Shown: positions 49,808 to 58,973 of the stretch, piece by piece
Position numbering within the stretch: position 1 is the first letter of the stretch
Layout: every line of letters starts with the position of its first letter
DNA from: an uncultured Trueperaceae bacterium
Lineage (GTDB): Bacteria; Deinococcota; Deinococci; Deinococcales; Trueperaceae
Assembly: GCA_963815215.1 (NCBI GenBank)
Contig: CAWFFU010000003.1
Span: forward strand, 1 to 64,000
Direction: 5' to 3'
Length of the DNA stretch: 64,000 nucleotides
Program-made: the position numbers and the translations under genes
The notes under the pieces: model-generated
Told to the model about the DNA's origin: nothing
Databases searched by the model: none
What the model saw: the letters and a program-made list of their open reading frames with translations, nothing else

Positions 49808-50527
49808 ATGGCGTCGGCCGGGCGGGTCCCCAGCGACAAGGCGACGGAAGTGCGGGCGATGTTCTCGACCATCGCTCCGCGTTACGACGCCCTCAACCGG
49901 CTTCTCAGCTTCGGCGTCGATCGCCGCTGGCGTGCGCAAGCCGCGCGCGCGGCGCTCCATGGTGGGGCGCGGCGCGTGCTCGACGTAGCGACCGGCACGG
50001 GCGACCTCGCCTTCACCCTCGCCGCCATGGCGCCGGACGCCGATATCGTGGGCGTCGACTTCGCGGAGCCCATGCTCCAGCTCGCCAGCGCCAAGGCGGA
50101 GGGGCGCCGTGGGCGCGTACGCTTCGAGGTCGGCGACGGCACCCGTTTGAGCTTTCCGGACGACAGCTTCGACGCGCTGACCATCGCTTACGGCCTACGG
50201 AACTTCGACGACCTCGATCGTGGCCTGCGCGAGTTCTTTCGTGTGCTTCGACCGGGCGGCAGGCTGGTGGTGCTGGAATTCCCGCCGCCCCCCGGCGGAT
50301 GGTTCGGGGCCCTGTACCGCACGTACTTCACCCGCGTCTTGCCCGCCGTCGGCGGGCTCGTCTCGGGCCGCGGGAGCGCCTACCGCTACCTGCCGGCGTC
50401 GGTGCTGGCGTTCCCCGACCCCGACGCTCTGGCCGAGCGCATGCGGGCGGCCGGGTTCGCGGACGTGCACTTCCGCTTGCAGACCTTCGGCGTCTCAGCC
50501 ATCCACCAAGGAGAGAAGCGCGTATGA
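49808..50527 (+). CDS. menG: Demethylmenaquinone methyltransferase (MenG/UbiE)
   Basis: YDALNRLLSFG, LDVATGTGD, YGLRN and AYRYL motifs. Confidence 0.92.
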   Translation: MASAGRVPSDKATEVRAMFSTIAPRYDALNRLLSFGVDRRWRAQAARAALHGGARRVLDVATGTGDLAFTLAAMAPDADIVGVDFAEPMLQLASAKAEGRRGRVRFEVGDGTRLSFPDDSFDALTIAYGLRNFDDLDRGLREFFRVLRPGGRLVVLEFPPPPGGWFGALYRTYFTRVLPAVGGLVSGRGSAYRYLPASVLAFPDPDALAERMRAAGFADVHFRLQTFGVSAIHQGEKRV

Positions 50528-51123
50528 ACCTCTTGGACGTCACAACGAGCGGCTTCGAGCTCAACACCGACGCCTCCCTGGTCAACCCTGACTGGGAGGA
50601 CTTCGCGGAGGCGCACGATCGGCGTTTCGGGCTGGCCATCTCGCACTTCAAGAGCCTGGTGAAGGGGCGCGCCTACGACAATCAGGTGATGCGCCTGCGC
50701 GTGGGCCGCGAGGGATTCTATGCCCAGGCCCGCAACTTCCCTGCCGCCTTCTTCGGCGACACCCGCTCGCCGGAGGTCGTCACCGTGCCCGAGGCCGATG
50801 CCCAGGCCGCGGTGTGGGAGGCGGTCGCCCACTACCGTGCCGGGGAGGCGCAGTCCTTGACCACCATCTACTCGGGGGACGATCCCCCCGACGTGTTCTT
50901 CGGCTACCGTCTCACCGGTGAGCGTCGCTACGAGCTGGGTCACGTGCGCACCTCGCTACCGCTTCACCTGCGCGTCCTGGTGGACGCGCCCGAGGAGAGC
51001 ACCCTGGTGGGCGCGTCGGCGGGCGTGCTCATCTATCAGCGCACGCGGCGCGGCGAGCACGTCTTGATCCGGGCCGCCGGTAGGCGCCAGCCGCTGCTGG
51101 CAGGCGTCCAGCTCGCCGACTGA
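50524..51123 (+). CDS. Hypothetical protein
   Basis: ATGA overlap with menG and coding-like codon usage. No family recognised. Confidence 0.75.
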   Translation: MNLLDVTTSGFELNTDASLVNPDWEDFAEAHDRRFGLAISHFKSLVKGRAYDNQVMRLRVGREGFYAQARNFPAAFFGDTRSPEVVTVPEADAQAAVWEAVAHYRAGEAQSLTTIYSGDDPPDVFFGYRLTGERRYELGHVRTSLPLHLRVLVDAPEESTLVGASAGVLIYQRTRRGEHVLIRAAGRRQPLLAGVQLAD

Positions 51124-51132
51124 GGCCGCCGC

Positions 51133-51882
51133 TTGCCGACGTATCCTACGCGCGGTCACCGATACGACGTCATCGTCGTGGGAGCCGGCATCGCCGGCAG
51201 CGAGGCGGCGTTCGCGTGCGCCCGTGAGGGCCTCGACACGCTGCTGGTCACCACCAGCCTGGACACCGTCTACAACGCGATCGGCGATACCGTTGCGCTG
51301 TCGCCTCCCGAGGGCACGCTGATGCGCGCGCTCTGGCAAGAGCATGCCGACGGCGGCGGACGCATCGCCAGCGCCGAGCTCCACCGCGCGGCGAAGTACG
51401 CCCTGGAGCGCCAGGACGGGCTCCACCTGCTGCAATCCAACGTGACGGCGTTGCGCGTGGACGATCGCGGTCGCGTCGACGGTGTCGAGACCTGGGAGGG
51501 CGTGGCCCGCTCGGGGAGGCCGGTGGCGCTCTGCGTCGGTAGCTTCCTGCACGCGCGCCTCACCGTCGGGTCGCTCGCCGAGGTCGCGGGGCGGCTGAGC
51601 GAGATGGCCTACGACGAGCTCTACCTGGACCTCGAACAGCGCGGCATCAACTTCCGCGACGTCACGCTCTCGGCCGACCCCACCGGCGGATCGCTTCCCT
51701 ACGAGGTGCGCTGTCGCGTGCTCGAGCCCTCCGGGGTGGGCGGCGACGGCTTCCACCTTCCCGAGTTGCCCGGACTGTACGCCGCCGGATTGTGCGCGCG
51801 CGGTTACCTGCCGTTCGAGGAGGCCGCCCTGGACGGCGTGCGGCTGGCCCGCGCCCTGGTCGCCGTGCGGTCGCGCCGTTGA
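51133..51882 (+). CDS. Short GidA/MnmG-related FAD-binding protein
   Basis: YDVIVVGAGIAGSEAA, GSFL..G..AGRL and GLYAAG motifs. Only 249 aa. Confidence 0.82.
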   Translation: MPTYPTRGHRYDVIVVGAGIAGSEAAFACAREGLDTLLVTTSLDTVYNAIGDTVALSPPEGTLMRALWQEHADGGGRIASAELHRAAKYALERQDGLHLLQSNVTALRVDDRGRVDGVETWEGVARSGRPVALCVGSFLHARLTVGSLAEVAGRLSEMAYDELYLDLEQRGINFRDVTLSADPTGGSLPYEVRCRVLEPSGVGGDGFHLPELPGLYAAGLCARGYLPFEEAALDGVRLARALVAVRSRR

Positions 51883-51901
51883 CCGAACGCCGGGACTCGC
51901 C

Positions 51902-52102
51902 TCAGATGCCCTGAGTGTCGTCGTGCGGTCGGGTGTAGGCGTCGATCTTGTGGATCTCGTCGGCGCCGGCCCACACCATGCGAGCGCCGTCCGGCGTCGT
52001 CGCGAGCAAGCGGTACCGGTACGGGGTCTGAGCGCGGGCGGTGCTGATCACGTAGCGCCGACCTTCGAAGAGCACTTCCTCACCCACAGTGAAGCTCGCC
52101 AT
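51902..52102 (-). CDS. Small hypothetical protein
   Basis: 66-aa ORF preceded by TAAGGT-7-ATG. Confidence 0.6.
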   Translation of the reverse strand: MASFTVGEEVLFEGRRYVISTARAQTPYRYRLLATTPDGARMVWAGADEIHKIDAYTRPHDDTQGI

Positions 52103-52207
52103 GGTGCTCACCTTACCGCTCGACGGCGAAGGGGATGAAGGGGCCAGACGTCCTGAGCCCGTGGGCAGGGAGGCGGCACTGCAGCGGCGCTCGGCTCCGG
52201 CTGTGCG

Positions 52208-52726
52208 TCACAGGGTCGACGGCGCTACGCTTCGTGATACCGCGACCTCCGGGGGGCTACGGAGCGTCTGATACACGACGCAGTAGCGTTCGGTCAGCCG
52301 CTGCAGGGTCGCGAGGTCTTCCTCGGAAGCGTCGGTGTCGAGCGCGAAGTCCAGACGGATGGACTGGAATCCGACGGGAACGTCCTTCGCCACCCCCAAC
52401 GTCCCGCGGAAGTCGAGATCGCCTTCGGCTCGGACGGTGCCACGCCGGATCTCGATGCCGATGGCCGTCGCGACGGCGGCCAGCGTGACGCCAGCACAGG
52501 CCACCAGGGCCTCCAGCAGTAGATCGCCCGAGCAGACCGACAGACCCGTCCCGCCGGTTGCGGGGTGCAGCCCGGCCTCCACCAGCGCGCGGCCCGTCTC
52601 GACCCGGCAGTGCACGCCCTCGCCGAGCTGGCCCTCGGCCCGAAGCGTGATCCGCGCGGCCTCCGGCTCCACCCGATAGTGCGCCTTCAACGGTGCCTGG
52701 ACCGACCTGAGCTCTTCGCTGTTCAT
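52208..52726 (-). CDS. OsmC-family protein
   Basis: LLEALVACAGVT and ERYCVVYQTL motifs. Confidence 0.88.
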   Translation of the reverse strand: MNSEELRSVQAPLKAHYRVEPEAARITLRAEGQLGEGVHCRVETGRALVEAGLHPATGGTGLSVCSGDLLLEALVACAGVTLAAVATAIGIEIRRGTVRAEGDLDFRGTLGVAKDVPVGFQSIRLDFALDTDASEEDLATLQRLTERYCVVYQTLRSPPEVAVSRSVAPSTL

Positions 52727-52826
52727 GGCCCCTCCGACTCCGCCCACGAGGGCGGCATCACGACGGTTTCGGTGGCGTCGATGATACGCCACGGTGGGGC
52801 AGCGCGCGCAGCCCGAGAGGCACTGC

Positions 52827-53690
52827 CTAGGTGCGGTGTTCGTCTGGTAGGAAGAGCGGTTCGCGGGGCGGCGGGAAGAGCCCCTGCTCGACGCCTCGTC
52901 GGAGCAGCGTCTCGGCGGCCCGCACGCCGTCGGGCCCGACCTCGAGCGAGTACCGGTTCACGTAGAGGTCGATGTGCCGCTGTCTCACGCTCTCATCCAT
53001 CTCCTGGGCGTGTTGTGCCACGTAGGCGCGCGTCGCGCCGGGGTTCTCCCAGGCGTACGTCAGGCTCGCCCTCAGCATGGCTTGAAGGCGGCCAAGGAGA
53101 TCGGAGCCGAGGTCGCGCCGGGCGACGATGCCGCCGAGGGGAACGAGCTCGCCGGTGGCCTCCTCCCACCAGGTCCCCAGGTCGAGGAAGCAATGCAGCC
53201 CGTGGTCGAGATAGGTGAACCGGCTCTCGTGGATGATGAGGCCCGCGTCGACCTCGCCTGCGGCCACCGCAGGCATGATGCGGTCGTAACGCATCTCGCT
53301 CAGGCGCGCCGAGGGTTGCGAGATGCGGAGGAGCAGGTTGGCGGTGGTGCGCCCCCCTGGGATGGCGATCGACTTGCCGGCGAGATCGTCCAATGGCTCG
53401 CGGGTGACGATCAGCGGTCCCACGCCGCGTCCCAAGGCGCCTCCCGCGCGCAGCATGATGTAGCGGTCGGCGAGGTAGCCGTAGGCGTGGTAGCTCACCT
53501 TGGCGACGTCGAGCTCGCCGCGGTCGGCGGCACGGTTGAGGGCTTCGACGTCGTCCAGCGCGATGTCGAAATGCACCTCGGGCTCCCGCCCGTCGTGGAC
53601 GAGGCCGTGCGCCAGCGCATAGAAGATGAACGCGTCGTTGGGGCACGGCGAGTAGCCGAGGCGGAGCGTTCGCGTCCCGGCGCCGCTCAT
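52827..53690 (-). CDS. mqnD: 1,4-dihydroxy-6-naphthoate synthase (futalosine pathway)
   Basis: GYSPCPND, GGALGRGVGP, IIHESRFTY and HIDLYVN motifs. Confidence 0.92.
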   Translation of the reverse strand: MSGAGTRTLRLGYSPCPNDAFIFYALAHGLVHDGREPEVHFDIALDDVEALNRAADRGELDVAKVSYHAYGYLADRYIMLRAGGALGRGVGPLIVTREPLDDLAGKSIAIPGGRTTANLLLRISQPSARLSEMRYDRIMPAVAAGEVDAGLIIHESRFTYLDHGLHCFLDLGTWWEEATGELVPLGGIVARRDLGSDLLGRLQAMLRASLTYAWENPGATRAYVAQHAQEMDESVRQRHIDLYVNRYSLEVGPDGVRAAETLLRRGVEQGLFPPPREPLFLPDEHRT

Positions 53691-54142
53691 CCCGGCGCCG
53701 CCCCACTGAAGTCGGCGACCGCTCGCCGGTGCTCGATCTTCGTGCACCGGTCCTGGACGACGATGATTCCGGCCGCGCGCAGCCTGCGCGCGGCGTCGTC
53801 GTTGCGGATCCCGAGCTGGAGCCATACGGCTGCGGGCAGCGGCCGCATCGCCAGGATCTCCTCCACGTGGTCGTCGACGTCCTCCGCCCGGCGGAAGACG
53901 TCGACGATGTCCACGGCTTCCGAGATCTCAGCGAGCGAGGCCAGCACCGTTCGCCCGTGGAGTTCTTCGCCGGCGTACCGTGGATTGACCGGGATGATCT
54001 CGTAGCCGTGGCGCGCCAGGTAGGCCGTGACCTCGAAGGAGGGTCGGTCGCGTCGGGCGCTCGCGCCCAGCACGGCGATGCGGTGCGAATGTGCGAGGAG
54101 CTCGCGTGCGCGATCGTCGAGCGAGTCGTCGTGCTCGTCCAT
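53687..54142 (-). CDS. CoA-binding protein (YccU-like)
   Basis: AVLGAS..PVNP..DIVDVFR..WLQLGI..DRC. Confidence 0.9.
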   Translation of the reverse strand: MDEHDDSLDDRARELLAHSHRIAVLGASARRDRPSFEVTAYLARHGYEIIPVNPRYAGEELHGRTVLASLAEISEAVDIVDVFRRAEDVDDHVEEILAMRPLPAAVWLQLGIRNDDAARRLRAAGIIVVQDRCTKIEHRRAVADFSGAAPG

Positions 54143-54295
54143 GGCTCCAGGGTATCGCGGTGGCTCGCGCCTCCGCGTAGGCCCGGTGGCCCCCTCGCGC
54201 CGTCGACCTCGCGTTGCCGGGCAGGGGATCATCTGCTAGACTGAAACGCTATGTGTCGGGCCTAGGCACCGGCACGGCCCTTGGAGGTGAAGTCC

Positions 54296-54808
54296 ATAGC
54301 GAGAGAGTTGAAGGTGAACGAACAGATCCGCGCCCGTCAGGTGCGTCTGATCACGGAGTCCGGGGAACAGATCGGAATCATCGATACCCGTGACGCCATG
54401 AAGCGCGCTCGCGATGCGGAGATGGATCTCGTTCTCGTGGGTGAGAGTGCGGAGCCGCCTGTAGCCCGCTTGATGGATTACGGCCGTTACCGTTTCGAGC
54501 TACAGCAGCAGGCCAAGGAGGCCCGCAAGCGCTCTCGCCAGCAGGAGATGAAGTCGATCAAGTTCCGCGTGAAGATCGACGACCACGACTACGAGACCAA
54601 GGTCAATCACATCCGCCGCTTCCTCAAGGGCGGCCACAAGGTCAAGGTCACGATCATGTTCCGCGGTCGCGAACGTACCCATCCGGAGCTGGGGCAAGAG
54701 ATCCTCAACCGGGTGGCGAACGATCTCACCGAGTTCGCGGTGGTGGATTCCGCACCCATCATCGCCGGCATGGACATGAACATGATCCTTCGTCCCCACG
54801 ATATGTAA
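54296..54808 (+). CDS. infC: Translation initiation factor IF-3 (probable ATA start)
   Basis: VNEQIRA, PPVARLMDYG and KVKVTIMFRGRE motifs. GGAGGTGA lies 5 nt before an in-frame ATA. Confidence 0.95.
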   Translation: MARELKVNEQIRARQVRLITESGEQIGIIDTRDAMKRARDAEMDLVLVGESAEPPVARLMDYGRYRFELQQQAKEARKRSRQQEMKSIKFRVKIDDHDYETKVNHIRRFLKGGHKVKVTIMFRGRERTHPELGQEILNRVANDLTEFAVVDSAPIIAGMDMNMILRPHDM

Positions 54809-54924
54809 GAGGCCTGTTCGAAACCCTTTCACTCTGAGACTTGGAGCTTCCCGGTCCAGGGAGATACGATCGGCGCCACCGTTGTGACGTCGGGTCGCCC
54901 GAGCGGCGGCCGAGGAGAGACATC

Positions 54925-55122
54925 ATGCCGAAACTCAAGACCCACAAGGGCACCAAAGCCCGTGTCAAGATCACTGGGCGAGGTAAGGTCAAGGCGATGC
55001 GCTCCGGCAAGCGGCACCTGAACTTCAAGAAGTCGGGTGACCGGATCCGGAGAGGCAGGACCGGCCTACTGCTCGCCAAGCCCGAGGCGGAGCGCGTCAA
55101 GGCGCTCCTGCCGTACGACTAG
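54925..55122 (+). CDS. rpmI: 50S ribosomal protein L35
   Basis: MPKLKTHKG..KRHLN..LLPY. Confidence 0.96.
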   Translation: MPKLKTHKGTKARVKITGRGKVKAMRSGKRHLNFKKSGDRIRRGRTGLLLAKPEAERVKALLPYD

Positions 55123-55132
55123 GAGGTAGGTC

Positions 55133-55486
55133 ATGCCACGCGCCAAGACCGGTGTGGTGCGCCGCCGGCGTCACAAGAAGATCCTCAAACGCGCCAAGGG
55201 TTTCTGGGGGTTGCGCTCCAAGAGCGTGCGGACCGCCCAGCAGACCCTTCTCAACGCTGCCGACTACGCCTACCGCGACCGCCGCGACAAGAAGGCGCAG
55301 TTCCGGCGCCTGTGGATCGCCCGGATCAACGCGGCCGCCCGCGCCGAAGGGATGAGCTACTCCCGCTTCGTCGACGGCCTGCGGCGCGCCGGGATCGAGG
55401 TCGACCGCAAGATCCTCGCCGATCTCGCCGTCCGGGAGCCCGAGGCTTTCAAGGGTCTGGTCGAGAAGGCTCGCGGGGTCGCCTGA
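55133..55486 (+). CDS. rplT: 50S ribosomal protein L20
   Basis: [27 protein letters not shown]. Confidence 0.97.
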   Translation: MPRAKTGVVRRRRHKKILKRAKGFWGLRSKSVRTAQQTLLNAADYAYRDRRDKKAQFRRLWIARINAAARAEGMSYSRFVDGLRRAGIEVDRKILADLAVREPEAFKGLVEKARGVA

Positions 55487-55521
55487 GCAGGAACGGACGG
55501 CGGGCCGAGGTCGAACCCGCC

Positions 55522-55558
55522 CGGCGCGGCCTGCCAACGATGGCAGGCCGCGCCGTTT
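55522..55558 (+). terminator. Intrinsic terminator after rplT
   Basis: 15-bp stem CGGCGCGGCCTGCCA / TGGCAGGCCGCGCCG followed by TTT. Confidence 0.75.
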
Positions 55559-55588
55559 GACGTCCTGGGCCCACGGTAGAATGCCGGC

Positions 55589-56254
55589 GTGTCGTCCTCA
55601 GGGAGCCTCCGCGAGCGCAAGAAGGCGGACCGGCGCCAACGCATCTTCGACAGCGCGATGCGTCTGTTCCAGGAGCGTGGCTTCCAGGCGACGACCTTCA
55701 GCGACATCGCGCGCGCGGCGGACGTGTCGCGCGGCACCGTGTTCAACTACTTCCCTTACAAGGAAGCCCTTCTGATCGAGTTCTTCGGGCGCCACCTGGA
55801 GGCGTTGCGGGAAGGGCTGGCGCGCCGCAGGAGCGAAGCCGGGGGCCCTGCTGCGGAGGCCGGGAACGAGCCGTGGAGCGGATCCGGGGAGGAACTGGCG
55901 TTCCTCTTCGACGCCCTCGCCGCGTTCGTGGATGCCAACCGCGACCTGGTGCTGCCGCTGAGCTACGAGCTGCTCAATCCCGATCCCGAGCGCTCTCGAC
56001 GGGCCTATCTCGCGTTGCCGCTGGGCGATCTGTTGCGTGACGTGCTGACGCGGGCGCGCGCCGCCGGGACGGTGCGAGACGACTATTCGCGCGAGCGTCT
56101 GGCCAGGACCCTGGAGAACGTCTACTTCATCACCGCCATGCAGTGGGCGGCCTATCGCCGGGACCGCTCCATCCGCGACGAGTTGCGCAAGGCGCTGGTG
56201 CTGACCTTGGAAGGCATCGCCACGCCGGCCCGGTCGCCGGCCGTGACCGCGTAG
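55589..56254 (+). CDS. TetR-family transcriptional regulator
   Basis: LRERKK..TFSDIARAADVSRGTVFNYFPYKE. Confidence 0.92.
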   Translation: MSSSGSLRERKKADRRQRIFDSAMRLFQERGFQATTFSDIARAADVSRGTVFNYFPYKEALLIEFFGRHLEALREGLARRRSEAGGPAAEAGNEPWSGSGEELAFLFDALAAFVDANRDLVLPLSYELLNPDPERSRRAYLALPLGDLLRDVLTRARAAGTVRDDYSRERLARTLENVYFITAMQWAAYRRDRSIRDELRKALVLTLEGIATPARSPAVTA

Positions 56255-56324
56255 GCCCGGCCCACCGTCGGCAGAGCGAGGGCGACTGCGGTCCCGCCCG
56301 TAGCCCGCCGGTATGATGGCGGGC

Positions 56325-57617
56325 ATGCGTTGGATCGAATCGCTGGAAGCCGCTCTGGAGACGTTCCGAGAACGCTCCGTGGAGACCGTCGACCCCGAGG
56401 TCTCACGCCGCGTTCGCGCCCTCATCGACGAGGTGCGCACCGGCGGCGACGACGCGGTGCTCGCCATCACCGAGCGCCTGGACGGGGTGCGGCCGGCCGC
56501 CCTGGCCGTGTCGGCCGAGGAGATCGCTGCGGCCGGGGCCGGGATCGGAGCGGAGCTCGCCGACGCCATCCGCCTGGCCGTGGAACGGGTTCGCGCCTAC
56601 TACGAGCGGCAGCCCTCGAGCGGCTTCCTCGAGCAGCAGCCCGGCGGCCTGCTGGGGCAGCTGGTCAGGCCGTTGACGCGCGTGGGCTGCTACGTGCCGG
56701 GTGGTACCGCCCCGCTGTTCAGCAGCCTGATCATGACCGCCGTACCGGCTCGCGTAGCGGGCGTGCGCGATGTCGTGGCGGCTACGCCGCCGCGCGCCGA
56801 CGGCAGCGTGGCGCCGGAGATCCTGTTCGTCGCCTCGCTCCTGGGCGTGACGGAGGTCTACCGTATGGGGGGTGCCCAGGCGATCGCGGCGCTCGCCTTC
56901 GGTACCGCCAGCGTGGCGCCGGTCGACAAGATCGTGGGACCGGGAAACCGCTACGTGGTCGCGGCCAAGCGGGAGGTGTTCGGACGGGTCGGCATCGAGT
57001 CGCTGCCCGGACCCACCGAGACGTTGGTCCTGGCCGACGACGGCGCCGACGTGCGTCACGTGGTGGCGGATCTGCTGGCGCAGGCGGAGCACCTGGGTGC
57101 GCAACCGGTGCTCGTCACGCCCAGTCGGCGTCTGGCACGGGCGGTGGAGGCGGCGCTGCCTGCCGCCATCGCCGACCTCCCCACCGCCGTGGCTGCGCGC
57201 GAGTCGGTCGAGCAGCGCGGCGCGATCGTGATCGTGCGCGACCTGGCGGAAGGCATGGAGGTCGCCAACGCCTACGCGCCGGAGCACCTGTGCCTGCTGG
57301 TGCGCGACCCCTGGTCGTGGGTGCCCGAGGTCGTCAACGCGGGCGGCCTGTTCGTGGGCGAGCACAGCATGGAAGCACTCGGCGACTACCTGGCAGGCCC
57401 CAGCCACGTCATGCCCACCACCGGGACCGCGCGCTACGCCAGCTTCGTGAACGTGCGGGACTTCCAGAAGGTGATCCCGCTGGTGGCGTTCGGCCCTGCG
57501 GTAGTGGCGGAGGTGGGACCGTCGGCCGCGCGCATGGCCCGGGCCGAGGGGCTGGAGGCACACGCGCGGGCCATCGAGGCGCGCCTCGAGAGCGACGAGG
57601 GCGAGCCGCACTCCTGA
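56325..57617 (+). CDS. hisD: Histidinol dehydrogenase
   Basis: YVPGG, GGAQAIAALAFG, GPGN, QAEH, APEHL and GDYLAGPSH motifs. Confidence 0.95.
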   Translation: MRWIESLEAALETFRERSVETVDPEVSRRVRALIDEVRTGGDDAVLAITERLDGVRPAALAVSAEEIAAAGAGIGAELADAIRLAVERVRAYYERQPSSGFLEQQPGGLLGQLVRPLTRVGCYVPGGTAPLFSSLIMTAVPARVAGVRDVVAATPPRADGSVAPEILFVASLLGVTEVYRMGGAQAIAALAFGTASVAPVDKIVGPGNRYVVAAKREVFGRVGIESLPGPTETLVLADDGADVRHVVADLLAQAEHLGAQPVLVTPSRRLARAVEAALPAAIADLPTAVAARESVEQRGAIVIVRDLAEGMEVANAYAPEHLCLLVRDPWSWVPEVVNAGGLFVGEHSMEALGDYLAGPSHVMPTTGTARYASFVNVRDFQKVIPLVAFGPAVVAEVGPSAARMARAEGLEAHARAIEARLESDEGEPHS

Positions 57618-57645
57618 CATCCGGCGGGGACCGGCCCCGCCGTGC

Positions 57646-58272
57646 TCAACGTTCGATCAGGAAGGGATTGGTGCGCTTCTCGTGGCCGATGGTGGTCTCA
57701 GGGCCGTGGCCCGGCAGCGCGCGGGTATCGTCGGGCAGGATCAGCAGCCGCTCCCCGATCGAGCGCAGCAGGGTGTCGGTGTCGCCGAACGGCCGGTCCG
57801 TGCGTCCGATCGAGCCCCGGAAGAGCGCGTCTCCCGTCAACACCAGCCCCTCGCTCGGAAGGTGGAAGGCGACGTGACCGGGGGCGTGCCCGGGCGTGAA
57901 CAGGCAGCGGGCGAGCACGCCGGCCAGCTCGAGCTCCATCCCGTCGGCGAGGGGTCGCGTGGCGGTAGGCGGCTCGGCGATCGTGATCCCGAAGGCGGCT
58001 GCCTGGCGCGCGGCCGATGCCAGCAGCGGAGCGTCGGAGGGGTGAAGGTAGACGGGCACGCTGCTTGCCTGGATTACGCCGGCCAGGCCGCCGACGTGGT
58101 CGAAGTCCGCGTGGGTGAGCCACACCGCTTCGAGCCTGGCGCCGTGCCCTTCCACGGCGGCCAGCAGGCGATCGGCCTCGGCGCCGGGATCGACCAGGAC
58201 GGCGCGACCCTTCTCCACCAACAGGTAGGCGTTGGCCTGGAGCGCACCCACCGGGTGCCGTTCGACGATCAC
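57646..58272 (-). CDS. MBL-fold hydrolase (glyoxalase II-like)
   Basis: THADFDH, TPGHAPGH, GDALF and PGHGP motifs. Confidence 0.9.
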   Translation of the reverse strand: MIVERHPVGALQANAYLLVEKGRAVLVDPGAEADRLLAAVEGHGARLEAVWLTHADFDHVGGLAGVIQASSVPVYLHPSDAPLLASAARQAAAFGITIAEPPTATRPLADGMELELAGVLARCLFTPGHAPGHVAFHLPSEGLVLTGDALFRGSIGRTDRPFGDTDTLLRSIGERLLILPDDTRALPGHGPETTIGHEKRTNPFLIER

Positions 58273-58973
58273 GCTCCGCCCACCCGGCCGCGCCACAGGG
58301 CGCGCACGATGTCGCGGTACATCGCCGCACGCAGCGACAGGCCCGTGAGCCAACCGCGTTTCTCCTCCTTCATGACCTGCGACACGCCCTCGAGCGCGAC
58401 GTCGCGGCCACGCAGGCCACTGCGGCGCGCGTGCTGGCCGATGGCGACCTCGACACCGTAGCGACTGGCGCCGATGCCCGGCACGCGCAGGAGGTCCGCG
58501 CGCCGCATGCCCCGCTGGCCGTTGAGCTGCGGAGTGAGGCGCTGAGCTGCGGTGGTCCGCCAGCGGCCTCCGCGGAACACGCCGCGCGTCATGTCGGCGT
58601 CGCCGACGAGCACAGGCTCGGCAAGGGCGCGCACGTGGAACGGTTCCAGGCCCACCAGATCGGCGTCGAGCAGGACCAGGACGTCCGCGTCGAGGGTGCG
58701 GGCGGCGGCGAGCAGCGCGCCCCCCTTGCCCACGTTCCTGTCGAGCGCGAGCACATGGGCGCCGGCGGCGCGGGCGACCTCGGCGGTGCCGTCGGTCGAG
58801 CCGTCGTCGACGACCCAGACCGGTCCGATCTCGCTGGAGAGCGCGGCCGCCACCACGTTCCCCACGCCGGCGGCCTCGTTGAAGGCGGGAACGACCACCG
58901 CGCAGCGCGAGCTACCGGCGGGAAGGGCGGCCTCAACGGCCGCCTCAGCCGTGTAGGAGTCCGCTGATCTCAT
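58269..58973 (-). CDS. GT2-family glycosyltransferase
   Basis: PAFNE, VDDGSTD, GKG and LDAD motifs. Confidence 0.88.
   Translation of the reverse strand: MRSADSYTAEAAVEAALPAGSSRCAVVVPAFNEAAGVGNVVAAALSSEIGPVWVVDDGSTDGTAEVARAAGAHVLALDRNVGKGGALLAAARTLDADVLVLLDADLVGLEPFHVRALAEPVLVGDADMTRGVFRGGRWRTTAAQRLTPQLNGQRGMRRADLLRVPGIGASRYGVEVAIGQHARRSGLRGRDVALEGVSQVMKEEKRGWLTGLSLRAAMYRDIVRALWRGRVGGA

Noticed and set aside
55557..55582. TTGACG as the -35 element of the TetR promoter
   Set aside because: It is only 14 bp from TAGAAT and overlaps the rplT terminator tail.
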